Positions 34,301 through 44,805 are shown, numbered from the stretch's first letter. The stretch is DNA of 64,000 nucleotides from an uncultured delta proteobacterium (GCA_963772835.1 CAVYYZ010000012.1:32001-96000), one strand, 5' to 3'. The notes: generated by a model from the letters alone, not told the origin. A program made the numbers and translations.

Positions 34301-34593
34301 TCAGGAATATCCAGACAACGGATCGTGTGCCCCACCGGATTGCCCCTGCTGAATCAACAACACACAACCTCGCTTCCGCCGTTTCTTTTTCCGATGAAAT
34401 CGAAATCGTCCCTGAACCGCCGGACGAACAGGATGGTGTCTACATCGGCATGAAAGTACGCCACGGAAAGTTCGGGGTCGGAACGATTCGTAAAACGGAG
34501 GGAGAGGGGGAAGGGCAGAAGGTCGTCGTCTGGTTCAATTCGGTCGGACCAAAAAAACTCATGCTGAGGTTTGCAGGGCTGGAGCGGGCATAA
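31399..34593 (+). CDS. pcrA: PcrA/UvrD SF1A DNA helicase with an N-terminal CoiA-like Zn-finger/nuclease extension
   Basis: From residue 315: LNPPQ, AGAGSGKT, DEYQD, GDDDQSIY, LEQNYRS, HAAKGLEF, EERRLCYVGMTRA and a C-terminal Tudor-like RHGKFGVG domain. N-terminus: PCC...FFAH...C, ES..H, ADV...EVQ. Confidence 0.9.
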   Translation: MPFNCMSENEILYAGSFSASEWEDLKLQVRDGSRVLRLPCCNAKVSLRSASKDRHQFFAHSRNQSCDNDAWSDYSGKQGNRKRRKSESFDHQRVKEIIKDVAEKTGWTASIEFSSKTSSGIDWKADVFIEKGEQKLVVEVQVSPQQLADYRIRQQRYLESGIPCLWLSNYPPDLADTGLPVFELSKSEGVFVVDFPKSFSAERLKLHSNFRGVSLGGFIQGMLDQGIPWDQEWLNNNDLLASLADVKNIHTKSNLDTNEDESEATVENTPIFASVKERSIRRETTDTKLNNTVSPVPNYQTIHTHKQITSTPTTDLLKHLNPPQKEAVLHGEGPLLILAGAGSGKTRVITNRIAHLIRERGVRPWNIMAVTFTNKAAREMAERVSRLLGGGDLPLISTFHAACGRILRRDIHHLGFQSSFVIYDDRDSDRLLKDVITDLNLDDKRFAAKAVSARIDDFKNRGLFPEDIGSIPPGDVYNQKVVEIYAAYQERLQKCNALDFGDMMIQTVRLLSRFPEVCSFYRERFQWLLVDEYQDTNPVQYNLIRLLAGERKNLCVVGDDDQSIYSWRGADIRNILEFEKDFPGVKIIRLEQNYRSTSTILTAAGEVVKQNFGRKGKTLWTENPPGEKIRYERVESDREEARFVVREIAVLRSSGMPLEEMAVFYRTNAQSRLIEEALVGNALPYHIVGGVRFYSRLEVKDILAYLRVLDNPADEVSLKRIINVPARGIGTTTVDKISLQSARQGGTFFDALQDATGNGLLAAGARGKVSAFVTLLDGFRETAAGSSLAGLARSVMQGSGYLDRLKSSRDEDDAERLENLEQLLAAIEEFSEKNPEAGLSEFLEQVSLVSDLEQGEAGQPSVTLMTLHAAKGLEFKAVFMLGMEERLFPHARSLDDLDGMEEERRLCYVGMTRARERLYLLNARRRYLFGQEQCNPPSRFLKDIPEELLDDGGNGDYRRGEAGPRPDFRNIQTTDRVPHRIAPAESTTHNLASAVSFSDEIEIVPEPPDEQDGVYIGMKVRHGKFGVGTIRKTEGEGEGQKVVVWFNSVGPKKLMLRFAGLERA

Positions 34594-34700
34594 TCATTAC
34601 GGAACGGCACGCGATTTCATCAATTACCCTGCTGACTTGCCTGGCCCGTTATTTACTGCAATACAATACTGCCTTTCCAATCCCGGGGGCATCGACAGAT

Positions 34701-35315
34701 CTATCCGAGATTCTCTTTCCACGTGGTAAGACCGCGCATAATCATTTCGATGGCAAAAGTACCGACCACGAGAGCCGTAACCCGCCCGGCAACATCGATA
34801 TATCGCTGTACGAGTTCTTCATTGCGCACCCGTACGTAGTCGTGGATATACTTTAATACGACCATCAGGCCCACACTGGCCAGAACTGCAAGCGTTATTG
34901 AAAACACCGCATGTACGTGTGAAAGGCGCTTCCCCACCACGATACTGGCGCCTATGGTTCCGGGGCCGATCATGAGAGGCATGGCAATGGACCCGGCGAT
35001 GTGCCTGGATTCGCCCCGCAGCCCTTTTATTGCCGCGTTTCCTTCAAAGACGAACCGGAGAGCGATCAAGAGAAAGACAACGCCGCCGAACACCTGAAAC
35101 GAGGCAAATTCGGCTTGCAGAAGGACCCGGAACAGAACGTCTCCAAGTACTGCCGCGATAGAAAATACGATGATACTGATGATTCCTGCTCTTATTACTA
35201 CGTTGCGAAACGTGGGAATGGGCAGTTTATCGTATACGTCAATCATATATACAACCATCAGGAACGGGTTGAGCAGCATGAACAACAATGTAGTCGAACG
35301 GATGATCTCCAGCAT
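34701..35315 (-). CDS. MarC family membrane protein
   Basis: LLNPF, FQVFGGVV and AMPLMIGPGTI. Confidence 0.88.
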   Translation of the reverse strand: MLEIIRSTTLLFMLLNPFLMVVYMIDVYDKLPIPTFRNVVIRAGIISIIVFSIAAVLGDVLFRVLLQAEFASFQVFGGVVFLLIALRFVFEGNAAIKGLRGESRHIAGSIAMPLMIGPGTIGASIVVGKRLSHVHAVFSITLAVLASVGLMVVLKYIHDYVRVRNEELVQRYIDVAGRVTALVVGTFAIEMIMRGLTTWKENLG

Positions 35316-35476
35316 GATCCCTCGTTTCCTCTGAATTATCCTGCAGCGATGCTCGAAGAAATTCCCCGGGAACTTCAGATGCCTACTGAGGCTGTTTTTG
35401 AAATTGTTTTTTGTACGTGACTCTCTACCTGTCCTGCCTGCTCTTCATCGCGGTGATACCGGGAGAAGCACGCTTC

Positions 35477-36529
35477 TCACCCTTCCTGACTTTTAAGATG
35501 AAGGGTCTGAATCGGGAAGGGAATTTCGATCCCTTCATCACGGAAACGGCTGTGCAGCCGTTTTACAAACTCGTGCTTGACAAGATATTGGTCCACGTAC
35601 TCCTGACAGCGCAGAATAACGGTAAAATTAATACTGAAGTCCGCAAAGGTATGATAACGGATGAACGGCTCGAAGCTGTTGACCCCTCCCTGCACCTCCT
35701 TCAACAATCCCCGCGCCACATCGATGGTTACCTGTTCAACTTTTTCCAGATCACTGTCGTAGCTGACTCCGACCTGAACGAGCACCCCCATATCCGTATC
35801 GGGAAGCTGGAAATTGGTGACGATCGCCCCGGCGAGTTTGGAATTGGGAATAAGCACCAGATTGTTGGCAAGGGCACGAATCAGCGTGTTGCGCCAGGTG
35901 ATATCGGTGACATACCCCTCCTCACCACCTCCCAAACGAATGTAGTCCCCCTGACGGATCTGGCGGGTGGCGATGATTTGCAGTCCGGAGAAAATATTCG
36001 ACAGTGTGTCCTGCAGTGCCAGAGCAACGGCAAGGCCACCCACTCCAAGCGCTGTCAGGATCGGAGTGATTGAGATCCCGAGCGACTGGAGGATGATCAA
36101 TACACCGATTGAAAAGGCGGTCACCTTGGCCAGATTGGTGAAGATAGATGGAGACGGGAGCACGGCTTGCCGGGCGTAATGCAGGACAAAACCGGAGGCC
36201 AGGCGCATCATGAGAACCGTAACAAGCATGAGGAAAACGACGAGGACCAGCTTTCCGGCAATGGCATGTGCCCTTTCGTCAAGAGGAAGGCGGAGCAGTG
36301 CCGCATAGAGCCCTGCCAGGAGGCAGGAGTACAGGGTGAGGCCTCTGAGAGAGGAAATGACGATATCGTCACCCTCCCATGGTGTGTGCCGGGTCAGGAG
36401 TTCCAATCTGTGCAGCACAAACCTTTCCATGACAAGACCGATAATCGCGCCCGCGACGAGAAAGCCGCCGGCAGTCAGCAGCATATTCAGAGTAAAAAGT
36501 GTACTTATTTCCTGTGGTAGAGCCCACAT
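35477..36529 (-). CDS. mscS: Small-conductance mechanosensitive channel
   Basis: GVGGLAVALALQDTLSN, GDYI, IPNS, VSYDSD and GIEIPFP. Confidence 0.92.
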   Translation of the reverse strand: MWALPQEISTLFTLNMLLTAGGFLVAGAIIGLVMERFVLHRLELLTRHTPWEGDDIVISSLRGLTLYSCLLAGLYAALLRLPLDERAHAIAGKLVLVVFLMLVTVLMMRLASGFVLHYARQAVLPSPSIFTNLAKVTAFSIGVLIILQSLGISITPILTALGVGGLAVALALQDTLSNIFSGLQIIATRQIRQGDYIRLGGGEEGYVTDITWRNTLIRALANNLVLIPNSKLAGAIVTNFQLPDTDMGVLVQVGVSYDSDLEKVEQVTIDVARGLLKEVQGGVNSFEPFIRYHTFADFSINFTVILRCQEYVDQYLVKHEFVKRLHSRFRDEGIEIPFPIQTLHLKSQEG

Positions 36530-36585
36530 GGCAGATGATCCTCCTGAAAAAGTGAATTCAACTCCCGGTACCGGTTATTCGTGGG

Positions 36586-37422
36586 TCATGACAATGTCTT
36601 GTACCAGACATTCATGCTCTCGAGACTGCCGGAAATATTGGTGTTGTTTGTGAGGGTCCCGCCGAATCGATACCCGTCCCGGGCAAACGTTATGTTCATG
36701 CCGAACGAGTAGGCACGTGCAATGGTGAAGAGCGACCGGATACCGAGTGAGTGCACGGCCTCTTCCATCTGCTGCAGCAGATTGAGGGCAAGCCCATGGC
36801 CTCGATATGCCGGCAGAGTCGCGAAATCGGTCATCTCCACCGAGCGTGAGGCAGGATCCATTTCCGCAGAAGAGAGTGCAATTATTTTACCCTCCATCAT
36901 GACGCTGAAAAATACCGTGCTGCCGCCCATGGCGGCTTGTAAAAAACCAGGGTCATGAATCGGGAACGGATATGTGGCAAACACTTCACGGTAGACCGCC
37001 GCCATTTCAACTGCATCCTCTTTTTCTGCCACCCGGGCGGTACAGCCTGACGGGAGTGGAACCAACTGCCGAATTGCACCCTGTGTCCCGGAGACATCCA
37101 GAACGTCCTGAACAATGTGCGGTTTAAGCTCCGCCCTGCGTGCATCGGTGAAATACTTCCCCAGAAAACAGGCGTCATTGCCATCGGGGAAGAAAGCAGG
37201 TATCGATGCTTCGAGTTCATACCCTGCGGCGACAAAGCTGTCCAGGCTCCACATCGGCACTTTGGCAAATATCTTGGAATACCCGCGAGAGATTGCCAAC
37301 CTGTTCAGTTGGTCAACGATACAAATGGAATCCTCCGGGTGGAGCTTCATCAGATATACCCGATCATTGGCCGGGCCATGCTGAATCACGGAATTTCCTA
37401 TGGTTTCAATCACGTCACTCAT
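36586..37422 (-). CDS. ablB: Beta-lysine N-acetyltransferase
   Basis: [29 protein letters not shown] and NNTNISG...ESMNVWYK; coupled to ablA. Confidence 0.9.
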   Translation of the reverse strand: MSDVIETIGNSVIQHGPANDRVYLMKLHPEDSICIVDQLNRLAISRGYSKIFAKVPMWSLDSFVAAGYELEASIPAFFPDGNDACFLGKYFTDARRAELKPHIVQDVLDVSGTQGAIRQLVPLPSGCTARVAEKEDAVEMAAVYREVFATYPFPIHDPGFLQAAMGGSTVFFSVMMEGKIIALSSAEMDPASRSVEMTDFATLPAYRGHGLALNLLQQMEEAVHSLGIRSLFTIARAYSFGMNITFARDGYRFGGTLTNNTNISGSLESMNVWYKTLS

Positions 37423-38728
37423 TGTTCCTCCGTTTCATCCGGTTGTTGTCCTCCGGGGTGAGCGAGATATCTTCGTCGAAGTCCGAAAGCAGCCGCTCGA
37501 TTCCCACCGACGCATACTCTTCCGTCCCTTCCATGTTCAGTTCAAGGCGGCAGTCGGCACAATTCCGATCACAGAAGATCGGCTTGTAATTATCCGGCTC
37601 CTGGTAGGTGGTGATCACCCCTTCGTAGTTCCGGAGCACCACCTTGTTGGTAGCGAGGGTAATCAGGTAATTGGGCATGACCGGAATCTTCCCGCCGCCG
37701 CCCGGCGCATCGATCACGTAGGTCGGGACTGCGAATCCGCTTGTATGGCCGATGAGGCTTTCCATGATTTCCATTCCTTTCCCCACCGGGGTACGGAAGT
37801 GAGCAAGCCCTTCTGAAAGGTCGCACTGGTAGAGGTAGTACGGCCGGATCCGGTTCTCCACAAGCCGCTGAACCAGGGCCTTGATGATCATGGGGCAGTC
37901 GTTGACACCGGCCAGCAGGACGGTCTGGTTCCCAAGAGGGATGCCGATATCGGCGAGGCGGGCAAGAGCCTCTTTCGCCGAAGCGGTGATCTCCCTGGGG
38001 TGGTTGAAGTGGGTATTGATCCAGAGAGGAGAGTGTTTTTTCAACACCGCAAGGAGACCGTCAGTGATGCGATAGGGGAGGACAACCGGCATACGGCTGC
38101 CGATTCGAATCACCTGTACGTGGGGAATGGCGCGCAACTCACCAAGGATCCAGTCCAGATACTCGTCGGAAAGCATGAGCGGATCACCGCCCGACAGGAG
38201 CACGTCGCGCACAACCGGCGTGTTGCGGATATACTCGAGTCCCTGGTTAATCTCCTCGCGGCTCGGGATCGAATCCGTGTCCCCCACCTTCCGTTTGCGG
38301 GTACAGTGCCGGCAGTACATGGAGCAGATATTGCTGATGTGGAACAGCACCCGGTCCGGATAGCGGTGCGTGATGCCAGGAGCCGGGCTGTCGGCATCCT
38401 CATCCAGTGGATCCGCATGGTCGCACGAGCTTACCAGCAGCTCACTGGGGGACGGGAATGACTGCCGGAATACCGGATCGTCGCTATAATTGTTCCGGTC
38501 GATCAGCGACAGATAATAAGGGGTGATGGAGAGCGGGAATTTCGCAATGGTTTCCTCGAGCCCCGCCTTCTCCCCGGCGGTAAAAGTGATGCCAAGCAGC
38601 CGCTCGAAGGTGGCAATGTCATTGATGGAGTGACGCAGCTGCCACTTCCAGTCCTTCCAGTTTGATATTCCGGTACTTTTTCCAATTTTTTCAGCGATGC
38701 TCTGTTGCTTTTTCGTATAAATTGTCAT
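37415..38728 (-). CDS. ablA: Lysine 2,3-aminomutase
   Basis: [30 protein letters not shown] and C-terminal Zn Cys residues. Confidence 0.93.
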   Translation of the reverse strand: MTIYTKKQQSIAEKIGKSTGISNWKDWKWQLRHSINDIATFERLLGITFTAGEKAGLEETIAKFPLSITPYYLSLIDRNNYSDDPVFRQSFPSPSELLVSSCDHADPLDEDADSPAPGITHRYPDRVLFHISNICSMYCRHCTRKRKVGDTDSIPSREEINQGLEYIRNTPVVRDVLLSGGDPLMLSDEYLDWILGELRAIPHVQVIRIGSRMPVVLPYRITDGLLAVLKKHSPLWINTHFNHPREITASAKEALARLADIGIPLGNQTVLLAGVNDCPMIIKALVQRLVENRIRPYYLYQCDLSEGLAHFRTPVGKGMEIMESLIGHTSGFAVPTYVIDAPGGGGKIPVMPNYLITLATNKVVLRNYEGVITTYQEPDNYKPIFCDRNCADCRLELNMEGTEEYASVGIERLLSDFDEDISLTPEDNNRMKRRNNE

Positions 38729-38781
38729 TAATTGTCCTTTTTGTATACCATCACGCCGGCTGAATTTAGCCCGACTTCATA

Positions 38782-40347
38782 CTATTTCTTCGATTTAGTA
38801 CGTTTCTGTGACGTCGTGTGCTTTCTGTGTGTACCCTTCCTTTTTGCCGCTTTACTCGTGCTGCTCTTCCTCTTCTTCACGGACGTGCGATGAACCGGCT
38901 TTCTTTTTTTGTGTTTGACGCTCTTCCTGTCTTTTCTTGCCTGAACCTTGCGTTCCACTTTCATCAGGTCACTCAGCAGTTCGCTCGCCCCGAGGAGATC
39001 AGGATCTGCTTTTTTCGCAGCTTCGAGATACATCCGGGCTTCTTTAAGTCTTCCGGCTTTCAGGTATACCTTACCCAGCCCCTTCAATGCTTTCGCATGA
39101 TCGCTCTTCAAATCAAGCGCCTTCCGGTATTCGGCAATGGAGGGATCGTACATATTTCTAAAATCGTACATCAGCCCCAGCCTGAAGTGGCTGTTCGGAT
39201 CGTCGGGAAAAAGTTCCACACCCTCCTTCAGGAGAGTGAAAAGTTCGTCATATTTTCTCATTTTAACGTAGACGGCCATCAGGGCGTTACGGGTGGAGAC
39301 GTCGTTCTGGTTGATCAGGAGCACCCTCCGGTACTGCTGAACGGCTTCTTCACCCTTGCCCCTTTTTAAGTAGAGGGTTGCCAACTCCTTGTGTGCCTCC
39401 AGATTATCCGGTGCAAGTTTGATCGCCTCCAGATACTCCGCCATGGCCTCGTGATATTTTTTATTCTTTTCATAGGCCCGTGCCAGTTTGAAATGGAGCA
39501 GCGGGTTGTCACTGCGTTCAGCTAACAATTCACGATATTCCCGGATGGCACGCGTAAAATCGCCCCGTAACGTGTAGATATCAGCAAGATGCCGTCTCGC
39601 ATCACCATTTTTAGAATCCTGACGCACCACCTGCTGGAATTGTTCTTCCGCTTCATCCAGCTGCCCCTGCCTCTCGTACAGGAGACCGAGCGTATAGCGG
39701 ATGTTACTGTTCGAGCCATCGGCGATGAGCAACTGCCGGTATGTAGAGGCTGCCTGATCGTCCTGGCCCGCTGCCATCTGGGCATCGCCCAGCTTCTGCA
39801 GTGCATCAGGACTTCCGGGACGTTCTTTAAGCGCAGCCTGATAAGCAATGATCGCCCTGTCGTATTCCCGTCTCAACAGATGTGCATCACCCCGCAGGAT
39901 GGTGCCGCCGGGGTCAGCACTCCTGGCTGTGCCCTCCGGTGCATACTCTTTGTCGGCCAGCGCCGGGTTCCCCATTTTCCGGTAGAGTTCGGCCTTGATT
40001 GTGTGCAGCTGCGCATTACGCTGCTGTGCAGTGGGTTCTGCCGGTGTGAAGTCATCGGCGGTGAGAGCCTGGCGGTATTCGGAAAGAGCTCGCTCCGGAT
40101 CATGTTCCTGCTCGTATCGGAGTCCTTTGACAAAGTGCGCTGGAGACCCATCGGGGCAGAGACGAAGAATCCGCTCTTCCTGTTTTGTCAGGTCATCTCC
40201 CGAAATTCCCGCAAGCGTGGACACAATCAGCCCTGCATCGCGGCATCTTTCCGCCCGTTCCTCCCCCCGGGCTAAACCACTCGTGTATGCTACCAGCAAG
40301 AGCGAAAAGAGCGCTCGGGAAAATGTCTTCATAAGATTTCCTTTCAT
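38782..40347 (-). CDS. Exported tetratricopeptide-repeat protein with a Lys/Arg-rich tail
   Basis: Signal peptide and many TPR units (LG..Y...G....A...Y..AL...P). Confidence 0.88.
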   Translation of the reverse strand: MKGNLMKTFSRALFSLLLVAYTSGLARGEERAERCRDAGLIVSTLAGISGDDLTKQEERILRLCPDGSPAHFVKGLRYEQEHDPERALSEYRQALTADDFTPAEPTAQQRNAQLHTIKAELYRKMGNPALADKEYAPEGTARSADPGGTILRGDAHLLRREYDRAIIAYQAALKERPGSPDALQKLGDAQMAAGQDDQAASTYRQLLIADGSNSNIRYTLGLLYERQGQLDEAEEQFQQVVRQDSKNGDARRHLADIYTLRGDFTRAIREYRELLAERSDNPLLHFKLARAYEKNKKYHEAMAEYLEAIKLAPDNLEAHKELATLYLKRGKGEEAVQQYRRVLLINQNDVSTRNALMAVYVKMRKYDELFTLLKEGVELFPDDPNSHFRLGLMYDFRNMYDPSIAEYRKALDLKSDHAKALKGLGKVYLKAGRLKEARMYLEAAKKADPDLLGASELLSDLMKVERKVQARKDRKSVKHKKRKPVHRTSVKKRKSSTSKAAKRKGTHRKHTTSQKRTKSKK

Positions 40348-41026
40348 TCATGCATGCCCGCGCCGGCATCCCATGCGCAACTTACACGTTCCAGTACCAA
40401 TTCCTTGGTATGTGATGCGGGGTTACGTGACGGGCGGTCGGGTTTCAGGGGTATTCGAACTAATCTTTCCCGCGGATTTGATGCAGGGAGGTCAAGGTGC
40501 TCGATGTAAGAGAAATGCGGTGTAGTGGCTACAGTCAACCGGGTATGGCCTGTATGACCGGCCATATGTATTCATATAATATTTTAACACATATTATTTG
40601 TTATACATATTATTTATGTTTGACAATTATATGTACACAAACACATAGTTGTCAACCCCCCATTTGGCCATATTTATATTAACTATCTAAATTTATTATG
40701 TTTTATACATTTCAAAGAGGGGTATTCAACTGTATTACATTTCTGAAGTTAGTATGCGGGAACTGTATCGGGTTTAGCGGCGGTTACGGAATAATGAAGA
40801 ACACCGGAGAGGTGGCGGTTGCGGGATGTTTTAACTCAAGCAAAGGGCATTCAGATGAGCATGAGGATGGGTACTCTGAGAAGAACCGACAGAGGACATG
40901 TAACGTGGTGATAACCGGCACCGCCGGTCGATTACGAACGGCATCCGGGGCCTTCGGAATTCAGGTTTGGCCGGCAGGAATGCAGGACGTATGTAATCTG
41001 CCGCCAGACAATAGTGGAATACTGCG

Positions 41027-42379
41027 TTACAGTACCACTCCATGCAGATCCCGTTGCCGATATCGCCAGGCAAAGGCCGCTCCGCGGAAATACCAGTCAA
41101 TCAGAAAGACGCCCCACACCGCATAGAGAGAAAGATGCAGCCAGCTCGCCGCCACCCAGGACAGCGCCACCCTGATTCCCCACATGGCTACCAGCGTGAC
41201 GATGAAGACGAAGAAGGTGTCTCCGGTGCCGCGAAGACTGCCGGCATAAACGAAAGAAATCGCAAGTGGAATCTGGGCAAAGGCGACCATCTTAAGAAAC
41301 ACGCTCCCCTTCTCGATGACATCCGGGTCGTGGCTGAAGAGACCGATCAGAAAGTGAGGGGCGAAGAAAAAAATAAGCGCCATAACGGTCATCACGCCTA
41401 CCGCCAGCCGCAGCGCCTCATTATGGCTTATCCGGGCGCGGCGTATCTTGCCGGCGCCGAGCGATTGCCCCATCAGTGTCGCCGCGGCGATCCCCATACC
41501 GGCCCCCGGCATGAACGAGAGGGATTCGATCGACAGGCCGATCTGGTGAGCGGCGTAGGCGGTTGTGCCATATGCGATAATGAAGCTGGAATAGAACAGC
41601 TGACCGCTCTGCTGGGCAACCCGCTCCAGCGCAACCGGCCAGCCGATCTTCCAGATCCTTCCGAAGAGTCCGTAATCGGGACGGCTGAGGGTGATATACT
41701 TTTTACGCAGTGCCTGTATCAGAAGATACGCAAAGCCGACGAACTCCGAACTGTTGATCGCGATTGCCGCCCCCTTGACCCCCAGAGCCGGCATCCCCAG
41801 TTTACCGTAAATGAGCGGCCAGGCAAGCAGCACGTGCAGGATGTTGACCAGAATGATCGCCTCCATCGGGGTCCGGGTATCGCCGGCACCATGCATGATC
41901 GCCGAAAGCAGATTCAATCCTGTCGTCCAGATCATCCAGAGAAACACCAGCCTGATATATTCGGCGGCCAACAGTTGTACATCCTGCGCCGCTCCCATCA
42001 ACCGGGCAATGTCGCCACCCCAGTGCGATCCGGCCAGAGAGCAGGCAACCGTCATAACCAGACCGGCCAGACACGCAACGTACGCTGCACGTCCTGCCTC
42101 CTCGCGACGGCCGGCACCCCACAGGTGTGAAATCACTACCGTCACGCCGGTTGAGAGCCCCCAGAAAACCGTCATGGTAGTGACCATCAGAAGCTGTCCG
42201 AGACCGGTAGCAGCAATTGCCGAGGCACCCAGACCACCGGTCAGGAAGACGTCAACTATCGACACCAATCGCTGAAAAAGAGATGAGAGCAGGACGGGGA
42301 GCGAGAGACGAAGTACATTACGGCGGATGGATACCGGCTTTGATGACGCGAATAAAGAGAAGAAGGTTGGCAACGGCAT
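41027..42379 (-). CDS. MATE family efflux transporter
   Basis: Two-fold repeat with GAGDT/GTGDT, GVKGAAIA and AAHQI. Confidence 0.92.
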   Translation of the reverse strand: MPLPTFFSLFASSKPVSIRRNVLRLSLPVLLSSLFQRLVSIVDVFLTGGLGASAIAATGLGQLLMVTTMTVFWGLSTGVTVVISHLWGAGRREEAGRAAYVACLAGLVMTVACSLAGSHWGGDIARLMGAAQDVQLLAAEYIRLVFLWMIWTTGLNLLSAIMHGAGDTRTPMEAIILVNILHVLLAWPLIYGKLGMPALGVKGAAIAINSSEFVGFAYLLIQALRKKYITLSRPDYGLFGRIWKIGWPVALERVAQQSGQLFYSSFIIAYGTTAYAAHQIGLSIESLSFMPGAGMGIAAATLMGQSLGAGKIRRARISHNEALRLAVGVMTVMALIFFFAPHFLIGLFSHDPDVIEKGSVFLKMVAFAQIPLAISFVYAGSLRGTGDTFFVFIVTLVAMWGIRVALSWVAASWLHLSLYAVWGVFLIDWYFRGAAFAWRYRQRDLHGVVL

Positions 42380-42551
42380 GACTTGTTTATATGGCCCGGG
42401 CCGGAAGTGGTCAACTTTTTTCTGCAGGAGAAACAAAATGTCAAATACCGGCCGGAGTGTACAAATCCATCTGGAACATATTTTAATTGTGTGACTTGCA
42501 TAACTTCTGGTGTTCGTGTATTGTTTCGCGAAATTTCAATGGAGGCGACAG

Positions 42552-42830
42552 ATGACAAAAGTGGACATTATTGAGACAGTTTCAGACACATGCGGCTTTT
42601 CAAAAAAAGAATCGTCAGAACTTGTTGAATGCGTCTTTTCACTCATCAAGAAGTGCCTGGAATCAGGGGAGGATCTGAAAATATCCGGTTTCGGAAAGTT
42701 TGAGGTCAAGCAGAAAAATTCCCGTCGCGGCAGAAATCCGCAGACCGGAGAAGCATTGGAAATATCAGCACGGAGAATCCTCAGTTTCAAACCGAGTCAG
42801 CTTCTGAAAGATGCCGTCAACAAAGAGTGA
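42552..42830 (+). CDS. ihfA: Integration host factor alpha subunit
   Basis: MTKVDII, KISGFGKFEV and RRGRNPQTGE; GGAGG RBS. Confidence 0.88.
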   Translation: MTKVDIIETVSDTCGFSKKESSELVECVFSLIKKCLESGEDLKISGFGKFEVKQKNSRRGRNPQTGEALEISARRILSFKPSQLLKDAVNKE

Positions 42831-42903
42831 TCATAGACATCTGTACAAACCGTGTTGTCCGGCGGCTCATATAATTGTTCTGAACAACAAATGACCTCGT
42901 TTT

Positions 42904-44052
42904 CTAAAATGACATCCCTCTTCTCATCCGCTCCTGGATCATTCCATGGAGCTTTTCATCAACGTTGTCAGGCGTGATTCCCGATTGCCGGCAGATCTCC
43001 TCAACATGTTGCCTCCTGCCGGGTATTTCCATATCACGTAACTGTACAAAATGCCCCGATCGTTTACCAACCTGGAAAATGGCCCTTTCGCCGGGGGACA
43101 AACCGATAAAGCGCGTGAGAGTATCCAGCAGACGCTGTTTGTCGTCCGGGAGGATGCCGTCGATCTCCTGTAGCAGGTTATAGGAATGGTCGCTCTTCAC
43201 TGCGCTGGTTATGCCATCAAGCCTTTCGAGCAGGAGCAGTATCTCCTCCGCCTGATCAACATCCGTCGTCCATTGATAGCCGCAATCATCGCTACCGGAG
43301 AAAAGATTGACGGAATCCATCAGGTGCAGGGTTCTGAAGCGGATGAAATCGGGATTAATCCGGTTGAGAGCATCGGCGGTTTCTACCGCATGTTCCCGGG
43401 AAAATTCGCGTCCGCCGATCCCGGTCAGTACATATTCCGACAATTCTATCCCGGCCGCTTTCGCTTTCAGCCCCGCGGTGACATGGATCTCTTTCGAAGC
43501 CCCTTTGCTGATCATCTGAAGAATTGTGTCTGAGGCGGTTTCCATTCCAATATGAATCCGGTTAAGACCGGATGCCGCTATCTCCGCCAGATTGCCGTCA
43601 CTTATCCGGGCGACGCTTTCGGAGCGGGCATACGAGGTAATTCGTTCGACTTCCGGAAAGCGCATTTTTATATGCCGCAGAATGGCAATGAGATTTTCGG
43701 GCCTGATCACGAGACTGTCGGCATCCTGCAGAAAAATCGACTGCATACCCTCGTCCAGCCAGTTTCTGGCAGCTATAAAGGCCGACCATTCCGGTGGAGA
43801 AAGATTTTCTGCCGGTTCGATCCGGGAATCAGAATCTTCTCGCAATTGAGTGGTGAAGCGGTGGATGGTGTCGATATCCGCGATGACGTCTGCCACCGGC
43901 CTCAGGGAAAATTTTTGTTTCTTGTACACGGAACAGAAGGTGCAACGGTTCCAGGGGCAGTTACGTGTCACGCGAAGCAGCAGACTGGCTGCTTCACTGG
44001 GCGGCCTGATCGGCCCCTGCTCGAATCCCTGGTAAGATTGCATAAATGACAA
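42904..44052 (-). CDS. Radical SAM protein of unknown function
   Basis: GPIRPPSEA, CPWNRCTFC cluster motif and IHIGMET. Confidence 0.88.
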   Translation of the reverse strand: MSFMQSYQGFEQGPIRPPSEAASLLLRVTRNCPWNRCTFCSVYKKQKFSLRPVADVIADIDTIHRFTTQLREDSDSRIEPAENLSPPEWSAFIAARNWLDEGMQSIFLQDADSLVIRPENLIAILRHIKMRFPEVERITSYARSESVARISDGNLAEIAASGLNRIHIGMETASDTILQMISKGASKEIHVTAGLKAKAAGIELSEYVLTGIGGREFSREHAVETADALNRINPDFIRFRTLHLMDSVNLFSGSDDCGYQWTTDVDQAEEILLLLERLDGITSAVKSDHSYNLLQEIDGILPDDKQRLLDTLTRFIGLSPGERAIFQVGKRSGHFVQLRDMEIPGRRQHVEEICRQSGITPDNVDEKLHGMIQERMRRGMSF

Positions 44053-44232
44053 CTCCTTCGGTTAAAATAGTAACTACCCGGTGACTCTATCAGGTTTAGG
44101 AAACTACATCATCCGTTTTTTGATGTTGAGAAAGCGAATCTTCTGAGGTATTGTTCTCCATCCCGAAACACGTGGTAATTTTTACCGTAGAGAGACATAT
44201 TCTCTTATAATATCAGGACAAGGAGACACATC

Positions 44233-44658
44233 ATGGCTAGTCTTAACAAGGTAATGCTGATCGGTAACCTGGGCAAAGACCCTGAAGTGCGATTCACCGC
44301 ATCCGGTCAGGCTGTTGCAAGTTTTTCTCTTGCAACCAGTGAGAAATTCAAAGGGAAAACGGGTGAATGGGAAGAACGCACTGAGTGGCACAACATCACT
44401 CTCTGGGGGAAGCTGGCGGAGATTGCCGGCGAATATCTTTCCAAAGGCAAGACGATCTATGTTGAAGGACGCCTGCAGACCCGCAAGTGGCAGGACAAAA
44501 GCGGCAATGACCGTTACACAACTGATGTTGTCGGAGACAAGATGCAGATGCTTTCTCCAAAAGGCGAGCGGAGTGGCGGAGAAACCCCGTCAGCCCCCAA
44601 AACCGGAAGTTCACACTACGAAGAGCCCCCTTTTCAGGATGACGATATCCCGTTCTAA
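44233..44658 (+). CDS. ssb: Single-stranded DNA-binding protein
   Basis: [27 protein letters not shown] and C-terminal DDDIPF. Confidence 0.97.
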   Translation: MASLNKVMLIGNLGKDPEVRFTASGQAVASFSLATSEKFKGKTGEWEERTEWHNITLWGKLAEIAGEYLSKGKTIYVEGRLQTRKWQDKSGNDRYTTDVVGDKMQMLSPKGERSGGETPSAPKTGSSHYEEPPFQDDDIPF

Positions 44659-44689
44659 AGATTGCACTCGATCATAATATACCATATTT

Positions 44690-44720
44690 AAGCATAACCA
44701 GCTGTGGTTATGCTTTTTTT
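44690..44720 (+). terminator. Intrinsic terminator after ssb
   Basis: AAGCATAACCA-GCTG-TGGTTATGCTT followed by a T-run. Confidence 0.85.
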
Positions 44721-44805
44721 GTCTCTGCAATGCGGATTGGCATGATGCCGTTTTTCCATTCCGATTGAGTATCCCAAAAAAATAATAACACGGTTATCTT
44801 TTTTA

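Noticed and set aside
40698..41126. 142-aa plus-strand ORF between the TPR and MATE genes
   Set aside because: No motif or RBS, and it overlaps the MATE 3' end
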